A stretch of DNA of 64,000 nucleotides from Mantamonas sphyraenae STR306. Taxonomy: Eukaryota > Protista > CRuMs. Both the position numbers and the translations under genes were made by a program. Each line of letters starts with the position of its first letter. Positions within the stretch are counted from its first letter, which is position 1. Where the stretch lies: contig JAPMXV010000005.1 of assembly GCA_026936335.1 (NCBI GenBank), forward strand, positions 62,001 through 126,000, in the 5' to 3' direction. Of the stretch, positions 44,071 to 54,038 are shown in pieces. The notes beneath the pieces are model-generated. The model was not told the DNA's origin. It ran no database searches and worked only from the letters and a program-made list of their open reading frames with translations.

Positions 44071-46368
44071 ATGCTGACCAAGGTACGTTGTGAGGGTGAA
44101 CAACGGGATGAGAAGTGACAGGAGTCAGAGTGACTGACACACCTGTGGCACACAGACTGTGATCCGTCAGTGGAAGGCGGGCACCGACGCAGCGGAGAGC
44201 GGCGACTACACGACCGCAGTGAAAAGCTTCAAGGTAGGGAGGATGCATACCAAAAGAGCTGAGGGGGTGGGACGGAGAGGGGGACGGAAGATGCGGTGAT
44301 GGAGAAGTGTTGACACGAGACGAAAACGCACGCACTCCACACACCCTGCACGCACAGGCGGTCGGGGAGAACGCCAAGATGTGGTACAACATTGCCATGT
44401 GCTCGCTGAAGCAGAATGATGCAACAGGAGCAGTACGTGAGCGGGTGGCGAGGAGGTGTTGGCGGCGGGAGAGAGGCGTGTGGGAGGCGGGAAGTTTGCA
44501 GCTGCGCGGGAGGGAGGAGCTGACACAAGGAGGCTGCGAACCACGTTCCTGCACGGGAACACGTGTATGCATGGCAACACAGTACGATGCACTGGAAGAA
44601 GCCATCGAATGCGACCAATACTTTGCAGCGGCGTACTTCCACAGGGGCCTGCTCAGCCAGGAGGCAGCGGACTACGAGCACGCGATCGCCGACTACGACT
44701 GGGTGTTGACGGTGCGTTTTTCCAGAGTCTCGTGTGTCACGAGGGGGGCATGGTGGAGGGATGACATTGACACTGCGTGGACACACATGTGCCTTGGGTA
44801 CGACTGGGCTCACTTGGATCACATGCACACGCACACAGCTGTTCCGAGACTCGGATTATATTGACTACAACCAGCTCGGCTTGGAATGGATTCTTCGAAA
44901 GTGCGAGACCCTGTTCAACCGTGCTCTGTGCAACTACAATCTGGGAAACACCAGCCTGGCAGCCAACGACCTGAGCGATGCCGCCTCGTGCACCGTCGAC
45001 TCGACACACTACATCATCGGAGAAGCAAGCCGTGACACGAGCAAGCTCGGTTCAGCAAAGGCCTTTACCTGCCTCAACTTTTACATGGCCCCAGAGCTGC
45101 CCGAATCTGGAGGCATTGGCTTCAAGAAACGTGGCACAAGCAACATCTCCTCGAGTGGCAGCCGTGGAGGCAGTAGCGGAGGCAGTAGCGGAGGAAGCAG
45201 CGGCGGAAGCAGTGGCGGAAGCGGCGGCAGCAGCGGAGGCGGAGGAGGCCATTCCCTGCCGCCTCCGCCTCCCAAGAAGGGAGGAAAGCCGTTGCCATCG
45301 CCGCCAGGGCGCAGTGGAGGCAACAGCAGCGGAGGGAGCAGTGGAGGCGGAGGCGGAGGCGGAGGCGGAGGCGGGTACAGCATTGGGTCGGCATCCGGGT
45401 TCACACAGTCGTCTAAGCCGCTGCCGACGCCACCTGGGCGACGCAGCAACACAAGCAGCAATAGCAACAGCAGCAGCAGCATCAGTGGGGGAGGGAGCAG
45501 CTGGGGGAGCAGCGGAGGCGGAGGCAGCAAGCCACTGCCGAGTGTGCCCTCGTGGAAGGCCAAGTCAACGTCGACAACGACGTCGACATCGTCGCGCATG
45601 CAGAGCACGCGTTCGTGGCAAGTGAACAACAGCGGCAGTGGTGGAGGAGGCAGCAGCGAGGTGGTGAACGCCTCGGCTGGCAGCGGGGGGCCGCCGTCCT
45701 GGAAGAGCAGCAACAGCTTTCCCAAACAAGGGCTGAAGGACACATCGTCCAGCACACCGTCGTGGAAGAGCGATGGGCGTCGTGGAAATAGCGGTATGAC
45801 GCCGTCGTGGAAGAGCAGCGGAAGCACAACAAGCGGTAGCGGTGGCGTGACGCCGTCATGGAAGAGCGGAGGTGGAGGCGGGACGACGTCAACGACATCG
45901 ACGTCCAAGTGGGGAGGCGGAGGCGGAGGCGGAAGTGGTGGAGTGACGCCGTCGTGGAAGTCAAGTGGGGGCAGCAGCAGCATGAGGAACACATCGACGT
46001 GGAGAAGCAACAACAACAACAGCACCGCGTCGGAGACGCCGTCGTGGAACAGCAACAACACGAGCAAGAGCGCACGCGCAGGTTCGTCGTGGGGAGGAGG
46101 TGGAGGTGGTGGAGGTGGAGGTGGGGGGGGTGATGCTGGCAAGATGGTGGCCGAGTGGAAGGATTTGAAGAGCCAGTACGATACAGCCAAGGACAACGAC
46201 GATCTGGAGCTGGCCATGGAGCTGCGTGGCAAGGTCAAGACACTGGAGGCGGAGCTGACAAACATGAAGAGCACGTTGCAGGCAAAGTACGAAGAAGCCA
46301 AGGCCAACGATGAGCTGGAAGAGGCCATGGAACTGCGCAAGACAATCAAAGAGTTGGAAGGGATTTGA
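44071..46368 (+). CDS. noxR: p67phox/NoxR-like TPR protein with Pro-rich and PSW repeats and two UVR-like motifs
   Basis: Exons 44071-44082, 44156-44233, 44358-44432, 44583-44711, 44839-46368. VIRQWKAGTDAAESGDY..KMWYNIA..DQYFAAAYFHRG..FRDSDYIDYNQLGLEWILRKCETLFNRA matches the p67phox N-terminal TPR domain. Confidence 0.82.
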
Positions 46369-46439
46369 GGGGCGATGAGCTCAATACACGCTTTTGTGAG
46401 GGATGTTCTGTGCACGCACTGTGGCAGGCAGCGCAAGGA

Positions 46440-47591
46440 ATGTCGGCAAAGCGACGAACAGGAGGGCCAAAGATCAGCAAAGCGAGCCGAGATGGGCGGC
46501 GGACAAGGAGAGAGGAAGAGAGACGGGTTGAGGAGACGGTGGAAGAAACCGTAGAGACAGAAGAGCCGGGGGGACAGGTTGTGTGGGAAGACAACGCAAG
46601 CAACGTCGTGGTTCAAGTGCCCATCGCTGTGCAGGACACATCTGCACAGGACATCCAGGCACTGAAGGACCTGGAACACATGCTGGAGGAGGAGCTGGAG
46701 TATGTGTACAGCAGCATGGAGGAGCTGGACGCAAGTGTGGTCGGCCTGATGCAAACGGGAGGCCGAAGCAGCGAAAGCACAGCTGGTGTCGGAAGCAGCC
46801 ACGGCCACGGACGTGTGCACGCGGGCTCAACAACCAGGCATGTGCAAGGACAGGGACACACATCCATGAGAGCATCCGATCTGCACGCAGGAGTTTCGTC
46901 AGTGAGCGGGTGGAACGGCGGGAGCGGCAGCGTTGGGCTGCGCACCTGGAAGATGGACGCTGCAGCCACGAGCAGTGTGTGGACAGAAGGAGGCAACGAC
47001 GAACTGGGCACCATGTACAACGAGGTGGTTGCAGACACGTTTGGATCGCTCCAGAAGCTGCACATGCTGCGGCAGAAGCATTTGGACGCAAGGCGCGTGG
47101 TGACGAATCGCCTCGAGTCGACGGCCACCACACACAAGGTGATTGCAGACAACCTGACGGCACTGTTTAAGGCCGCACAACACCAACTGTACGAGCAGTT
47201 CACGCAGACGATGCTGTCACTTCAGGAGCTGGAGAAAGACTCGTACGAACAGTTGCAACACACAGACAACCTGCTGAGCGAGCAGACGGCCAAGATCGAG
47301 GATACGATGGAAAAAGTCAACATGCGCTGCCGCCTGGAGAACAAGCAATCGTTTGTGCAGAGCTACCATGCCATGGAGGAGCAGGTCAATCGCACCCTGG
47401 GTATGGATGTGCCTGATCTCGAGCTGCCCGACCAAGAGTCTCTCCTCACCAATGTCCAGTCCTTCAGCTCCTTCCTCACCGCCGTGGTCAAAGGCGAACT
47501 GCCACAAGCACAGTCCCAAGCGGAGACGACGACCACCACCACAACCAACACCAACAACAGCTCAGGGGACGAGCCCCAGCACACCCAATGA
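46440..47591 (+). CDS. Hypothetical coiled-coil protein
   Basis: Intronless ORF filling the gap between neighbours, with a heptad-rich C-terminal half; no family recognised. Confidence 0.65.
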   Translation: MSAKRRTGGPKISKASRDGRRTRREEERRVEETVEETVETEEPGGQVVWEDNASNVVVQVPIAVQDTSAQDIQALKDLEHMLEEELEYVYSSMEELDASVVGLMQTGGRSSESTAGVGSSHGHGRVHAGSTTRHVQGQGHTSMRASDLHAGVSSVSGWNGGSGSVGLRTWKMDAAATSSVWTEGGNDELGTMYNEVVADTFGSLQKLHMLRQKHLDARRVVTNRLESTATTHKVIADNLTALFKAAQHQLYEQFTQTMLSLQELEKDSYEQLQHTDNLLSEQTAKIEDTMEKVNMRCRLENKQSFVQSYHAMEEQVNRTLGMDVPDLELPDQESLLTNVQSFSSFLTAVVKGELPQAQSQAETTTTTTTNTNNSSGDEPQHTQ

Positions 47592-48532
47592 AAGGAGCCA
47601 TTCTCCACCGAGCGTCCATGAGCAGCTCATCTGTGTCCTCCATGGCCACCACACAGGCTCTTGCTGATGCCATGGCATTCTTGCAAGACACAAGCAATTC
47701 GACACAGGACGTGGCCGGCAAGTCAAAGTACGTGCAGGTCAGCAAGCAAAAAGACCTCCCTGTGACCCGACTGCAGGTGTTGGGCATCACCAACGGCTCC
47801 CTGCGCACATTTGCAAAGAAGCTTCGCAGAGAGGCAGGTTTGGATTCCACGGAGCTGCTGCTACCGGTCGTGGACGAGTTGTGGGCCGGCGAGTCTCTCG
47901 AGAGCCAGATTCTCGGAAGCCTGCTGGTGGAGGAGCACACAAAGCGCCTGGGATTGGACGCACTTGCAGAGGATAGTGCTCCCACACTGGGCCAGGCTGC
48001 GTTGTGGCAGATGGCAGACAAGTACGTTGACACTCTGGACCACTGGGCAGCTACGGATCACCTCTGCATGAATGCCCTGTCGCCCATGCCTGTGTTTGAC
48101 CTTTTTGAGTCCGATTTGAGAGCGTGGGCGTCGTCGGACAACACCTGGCGCCAACGTGTGGCGTTGGTGTCTCTGATCAAGGCGGTGAGAACCAATCGAC
48201 AGGCCGTCGACTTTGTGCTCGACTGCATCCGGGACAACATCGACAGCGACCGGTACTACGTTCGCAAGGTGTTTTCATGGATGCTGGCCACCATCAGCAG
48301 GGGTGATCATGCTCATGTGGTCGAACCCTTTGTCGTCGACGTCATCCAACAACGCCAGTTCACCAAGACGGAACTGCGCGATAGCATCACACGACTGGAC
48401 AAGGACACACAGGAGCGGCTCATGGCACAGTATCAGCCGCGGAAGAGAAAGGGAACACAAACAGCATCGTCGGCGAGTTCCAACAGCGAAACCAAGCGGC
48501 AACGCGTGCTCGAGGACGACAACGAAGGCTAA
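47588..48532 (+). CDS. alkD: AlkD-family (HEAT-like repeat) DNA alkylation repair glycosylase
   Basis: LDHWAATDHL, WASSDNTWRQRVALVS, DRYYVRKVFSWML; basic C-terminal PRKRK. Start may be 47618 or 47642. Confidence 0.72.
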   Translation: MKGAILHRASMSSSSVSSMATTQALADAMAFLQDTSNSTQDVAGKSKYVQVSKQKDLPVTRLQVLGITNGSLRTFAKKLRREAGLDSTELLLPVVDELWAGESLESQILGSLLVEEHTKRLGLDALAEDSAPTLGQAALWQMADKYVDTLDHWAATDHLCMNALSPMPVFDLFESDLRAWASSDNTWRQRVALVSLIKAVRTNRQAVDFVLDCIRDNIDSDRYYVRKVFSWMLATISRGDHAHVVEPFVVDVIQQRQFTKTELRDSITRLDKDTQERLMAQYQPRKRKGTQTASSASSNSETKRQRVLEDDNEG

Positions 48533-48594
48533 AATCCATGCCATGGCAATGCATACCCTAAACGCGCTTCCAATCTTCATTGTTCGTGCACTGT

Positions 48595-49871
48595 CTACTC
48601 AGCCAACGCCTCTGGGGTCGAGATGGGGCTGCAGATCATGCTGGTCAACACACGACGGGGTCCACTGAACGGGTTGCGGCCATGCAGGGAGAGGCCGTTG
48701 TCCACCCAAAGGGCGTCGCCGTCGTGCCAGTCGATGGCGACCTTTTCCTCGTCCATCACCTCCATGGCCGCCTCGATCCATTCGTCGGGAAACTCGGACA
48801 AGTCGCCAAACGTGGGCAGCCATGGCGGGTTCTCCAGGTCCTTGTGGGCCAGTGGATGAAGCAACACAATGCTGTTGAACCACGTGGGCACGCCGGTGCG
48901 CTCGTCGTACACGATTCCGTCAAAAGGCTGCGACACAACTTTGACGCGGCCGTCGTCCAGCCACTCCACCGTCTCGTGGCCACTGTACGCCGCACGCTCT
49001 TCAGCCACCTTTCGGTCGTCCGTGTCAAACACCTCCTGCCAGCTGCGCTGCTCCCCAGCCTTTGCAATGTCCTTCTTGTCCTTGATCCAGCGCGTGTAGC
49101 GGACCTGAACACGCGGACGGGAAGAAAGGAGGGGGCAGGGAAGAAAGGGGTACGGACCTTGGGTCAGCCAGACACACACATGCTGTCTCCCTCTCTCTCT
49201 CTCTCTCATACACACCCACACACACACAAGCCTACCTTCTTCTCCTTGATGGCATCCACAAACTCGGGGCAACGCTCCTTGATGCGGTGGAAGAGGCGGT
49301 TGCTGAGGCAAATGGGCGTTTGGCCTCCCTCGGGCGCAGTGGTCTCACAGAAGAACATGAGGGCAGTGGGATAGTTGCTAATGTAGCTGAGCTCATGGTG
49401 GAACGGGATGATGAGTTCCGGGGGCGACTCGGTGGATGTGAAGATGGGTCCGACCACATTGATGCGTGGTCCGCCGCCTCCGTACGTGTCCGGCAGAAAG
49501 TCAAACTGGAACTGGCTCAGGAATTGGTTAAACTCGTCTGCATCCTTGGGACCCAGGGACTGGAACATGATGGCGCCGTGTTTGGCCATGAGCTTGCAAA
49601 GGGCATCCTTTGCAGCGGTGACCCACGCCAGCACATCCTCCAGACTGTGTTCAGCTCCCTTGCTGCTCTCCAGAGACGCAGAGGCGTTGAATGCACTCGT
49701 GGCTGCAATGACGAGCGGATAGCGCACGCCATTGTTGACCTGTTGGCCGTCCACCTCCACTTCCGTCACCTGCAACAGGCCTTTGGCCGCTGCATTGACG
49801 TCGTCAACGCTAAACTTGTTGAACGGATTGTCGTCCATGGTGAGGTCCTTCTCATCGGTATTGCTGCTCAT
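48595..49871 (-). CDS. TauD/TfdA-family 2-oxoglutarate dioxygenase (clavaminate synthase-like)
   Basis: Exons 49871-49236 and 49104-48595. KHGAIMF, IPFHHELSY, FFCETTAPEGGQTPI, WHDGDALWVDNGLSLHGRNPFSGPRRVL. Confidence 0.9.
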
Positions 49872-49895
49872 GTTGCTTGTTTGTTGCCTTTCGGG

Positions 49896-52079
49896 GAAGA
49901 TGTGGTGTGGGAGGGGCAGTTTCCAGCCGAGTGGGATCCCTGCCACCCTCCCTCCTGCCTGTGAGCACAACACCCATGCATGGCCCCTTCCTTCCTTCCA
50001 CTCCCCCCCCCCCCATCCCTCCCACCCCTGCCCATCCATCTGCCTCTCCTGCGTACCCGTTCTCCGAGGCAACAAAACAAAACCGCCTTCCAACGCACAC
50101 ACATGTCGGGCAACAGGGCTGTCTTTCAGACGTTTGAGCAGTATCAAAAGGCGCGTGTGACCTTTGTGCAGGTACGTGGCAGGACAAAGGCGTGGGAAGC
50201 GCTGTGGAGGGTGTGGATAGGGGGGCCGAACAGGGCAAAGATTGGCCTTTGAGGCGACGGCTCGTTTCAGCCGACAAGCGAGTGCACGGGAAGAGGGCAC
50301 GGAGAGAACCAGGAGATGGAATTCCTTGGGTGAAGAGAGAGACGGGGGAAAGGGATGAGAGAGGCATGCGTGCGTGTGTGCGGGATGTGGTGATGTGCAG
50401 AGAGCACAAGAGGGGCGGCTGGGGCGCGACCAACGGCTAGCCGGCGAGGTTTTGGGGCGAGTCCTTCGTTTCCAAGGAGAAGGGAGAGGAGGGGAGATCA
50501 CACACTCACACATGGAAACACAATGGGATGCACACACACGCACATGGCACGTGGATCACACACGCACGCACAAACACACACAGACGGTGGCAGAGCTGGC
50601 AACGCGGCCTCAGAACATCGAGGCTCTGCAAAACGCAGGCGTGCTTCAGCTGCTGCGGCCGCTGCTGCTGGACTCGATCCCGTCGATCCAACAGAGCGCA
50701 GCACTGGCAATTGGACGCTTGGCCAACTACAGCGACGAGATTGCAGAGAGTGTGGTGGCAGCAGACATCCTGCCGCAGCTTGTGTATTCGCTGTCGGAGC
50801 AGAACCGGTTCTACAAGAAGAGTGCAGCGTTTGTGCTGCGTGCGGTGGCCAAGCATTCGCCTGCGTTGGCAACGGCAGTGTTGGATGCAGGGGCATTGGA
50901 TGCGCTGGTGACGTGTTTGGAGGAGTTTGACCCTGGGGTAAAGGAGAGCGCAGCGTGGGCGATTGGGTACGTGGCACGACACAACGCTGAGCTTGCACAG
51001 GCATGCGTGGACGCAGGGGCAGTGCCTTTGCTTGTGCTTGCGCTGCAGGAACCGGAACTGAGTCTGAAGCGGATTGCGGCGTCATCGCTGTCGGACGTGG
51101 CCAAACACAGCGTGGGTTTGGCACAGGCAGTGGCGGACAGTGGAGCGATTGCATTCCTGGCACCGCTGGTGGCGTCGTCGGATGCGAAACTGAAGCGACA
51201 GGTGTGCAGTGCACTGAGCCAGCTGGCAAAACACTCGCTGGAGCTGAGTGAGCTTGTGGTGGAGGGAGAGATCTTCCCGCGAGTGCTGTACTGTCTGAAG
51301 GACCACGACCCGGTGGTGCGTAAGAATGCAGCGACGCTGATCCGCGAGATCTGCAAGCAATCGCCGGAGCTGTGTCAGCTGGTGGTGAATGCAGGCGGCG
51401 TGGCAGCACTGGTGGACTATGTGAGCGACGCAGAGAGCGGAAACGAGCGTCTGCCAGGCATTATGGCATTGGGATACATCGGCGCATTCTCCGAGTCACT
51501 GGCAATGGCAGTGATCGAGTCGAACGGGGTGCCAGCGATTGTGTCGTCGCTGGTGTCTGACGAGGAAGACTACATTGCGGCAGCAGCGGCGTGGGCGCTG
51601 GGCCAGTGTGGAAAGCACTCGCCGCAGCACGCTGGGGCACTGGCAGATGCAAATGTGTTGCCGAACCTGCTGGACAAGGTGAACGACCAGGAGGCGAGCG
51701 AGGACCTGCAGACCAAGTCGCGACGTGCGTTGCGTGCGATCATCGAACGATGCGACTCGCTGGAGGCGCTGGAACCGCTGTTGAGCGAGGCACCGCCTGC
51801 GATTCTGAAGAGTGTGCTGCAACGGTTTGCCAAGGTGCTGCCGAACGACTCGAACGCGCGTCGTGCGTTTGTGTCGTCTGGAGGATTGCAGCAGATCCAG
51901 CAGCTGAACGCAGAGAGCGGATCGAAGTTTGAGGAGCAGATCACACTGATCAACAACCTGTACCCGGACCAGATTGTGAAGTTTTACACGCCTGGGTATG
52001 CGGATGCGCTGCTGGACGAGATTGACCAATACGAGGGGTGAGGAGACGCATGATGTTGATGATGATGAACATTTCCAAA
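49896..52079. repeat. Left arm of 2.2-kb inverted duplication
   Basis: Reverse complement of 57477-59657; paired coordinates sum to 109555 across the CDS. Confidence 0.95.
50103..52041 (+). CDS. SPAG6: SPAG6/PF16 axonemal central-pair armadillo protein, copy 1
   Basis: Exons 50103-50171 and 50584-52041: MSGNRAVFQTFEQYQKARVTFVQ/TVAELATRPQNIEALQNAGV..QNRFYKKSAAFVLRAVAKHS. Confidence 0.97.
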
Positions 52080-52159
52080 ACCAAGTTTGTGTTGTCGTTT
52101 ACTCGCCTGGGGTTTCGGGTGTTTCGACGCAGTCATGCGCTGGTGTGACCAGGGAACCG

Positions 52160-52849
52160 ATGTCGGGTCTGGGCGTGCTTGCAGGAGAGGATTCGCACTG
52201 GTCGGTGGGCGTATTGCAGCGTTCAGCGCTGGTGGGGATTGTTGCTGGAGGGGTGTCCGCCAACTATGCTGTGTTGACCCAAAGGACAAGGGTGATGCGG
52301 TACGGGGTCACCAACGGAGTCAACTGGGTTCTGATCAGCGGGTGCTACTTGAGTGCGTTCACGGGTGGGAACGTCCACACCCACATCGCAGTTGACTGAC
52401 ACGTTTGACTCGTGCACGCCCTCACAGCCATCAAGGAGCTGACAGCAAAGAGCAAAGGAGTGCGGGACGTGGAAAGCAGCGCACTTGCAGGCGGGTTCAC
52501 AGGTTTTCTTTTCTCGCTTTTGTATGGGAACAGACAGCTGGCTGGACCGCTGGCGCTGGGAGGGCTGATGGCAGCAACTCTCGTCGACGTAGGTTACGTC
52601 AACTGGTACCACTGGCAGCGCAACAAGATGCTGCGGGCGCGAGTTGCAGCCGCCGAGTCGCAGGAGGAAATCGACACTCTGGTGGAGAAGGAGAGCCAAC
52701 GACGCGTTGTGGATCAGAAGTACCTTTTGTTTGGAGGGTTGGACCAGATTCGCGAGGGGGATCTGTCCAACAAGGGTGGCTGGTCGTTGCCGGCGTGGTT
52801 TCCGATCCAGGTCAACAACAACAAGCAGGATAACGACGATGAGAGATGA
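52160..52849 (+). CDS. Tim17/Tim22/Tim23-family-like membrane protein
   Basis: Exons 52160-52352 and 52428-52849. Gly-rich TMs; GVRDVESSALAGGFTGFLFSLL resembles the PRAT motif. Confidence 0.6.
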
Positions 52850-52859
52850 ATGCAGTCAT

Positions 52860-53970
52860 TTATCGGCGGTCCTTCTTCTTCTCCTTCTTCTTCTGCTCCT
52901 TCTTGCTGAGGATGATCAGGAGACGCACAAAGATGGCGATGAAATCGAGGAACAGCTGGATGGAGTGGCCAATGTCGTCGCGGTCGCGCGGGTTGGACAT
53001 GATGCGCTCAAGAAGCACCTGGGTGTCAAACACCACGTAGCCCATAAAGATGAACAGACCCAGGTAGAGTTCTGCCTCGAGGTAGGCGCTGGAGCCGACA
53101 AACACGTTCACCAGCGAGAACAGGAGCATCAGGGAGAGCGCAGACGAGCAGATGCCGCCAATGTAGAGGAGGGATCGGCGCTTGGCAACAAGAGCAGCCA
53201 AGGAGAAGCAGCCAAAGATGGCGGTGGTGCCGAGGAAGGCGGTGAGCGGGATGGACGGGTTGAGGGCAAGGCTGAAGTTGAGGAGGGGACCCAGACCCAC
53301 GCCCTGCAGGAAGGCAAAGCCCAGGAAGATGCCCATGCGCTTGCTGTGAGGTGAAAGGGTGGGAGGGGAGGAGAGAAGAGGGTGGGTGGGTTTGCATGTG
53401 TGAGCAGGAGCAGGAGGAGGCCGGGGCAAAGTGGCTTGTCCGGCGAAGATTCCGGACGGTGGGCAAAGCGTTTTCCGGCCTTGCTTTTGCGGAAACTCGC
53501 GGCGTTGACAGTGCTCTGCATGTGCACGAGGTCCACGCTGCGGTCTGGAAGCATGGAAAAACTCACCTGTGGGTGCTCGGAGTGACCTCGATGGACTGAA
53601 GCCACAGCATCAGGCCGATGGAACCAAGAAAGACAAGCAGGCCGCCGCTCATGAAGCCCGTCTGCATCTGGACGAAAGCGCCGGCCGTGGCGGCCAGCAA
53701 GCCAGTAAAGAGCGTGTTGTACACGTTGCCCAGGTGGGCCTGCACCTCATCGGGCCTGTGCGTGCAAGTGGAATATGTGCATGCAGATGCAGGGTGTGAG
53801 CCGAAGTGCACATTTTCCAAACGTGACGTCATTTTCGTGCGGAAGATTCGGCGCCGTGCTGCACTGGGAAGCGGCCAACGCGCAACCTACAGGTCACTGA
53901 ACGTGCCCAGCTTGTCGAAGCTGATCTCTGGAGCTGTGAAGAAGCTCTGTGCAAACTCTGCTGCTGCCAT
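52860..53970 (-). CDS. TMBIM6: Bax inhibitor-1
   Basis: Three exons. VQAHLGNVYNTL, TAFLGTTAIFGCFSLAAL, ELYLGLFIFMGYVVFDTQ, LFLDFIAIFVRLLIIL, Lys-rich tail. Confidence 0.95.
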
Positions 53971-54038
53971 AGATTGCGTTGTTGGCTCTCCCCGGGCAAC
54001 CCACACAAAAGTTCCTTCAAGCTTTCCCCGACACCATC

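Noticed and set aside
45750-46050. Spaced acgccgtcgtggaag repeats resembling a CRISPR array or RNAPII CTD
   Set aside because: Short, degenerate, in-frame coding repeats (TPSWKS) with irregular low-complexity spacers; no cas genes; not YSPTSPS.
47588-49871. AlkD plus 2OG dioxygenase as an alkylation-repair cluster
   Set aside because: The dioxygenase is TauD/clavaminate-synthase-like, not AlkB; the genes are convergent and no functional link is evident.
50374-50583. N-terminal extension of SPAG6 in the ORF track (also 58972-59181)
   Set aside because: Intronic; the conserved SPAG6 N-terminus is encoded by exon 50103-50171.
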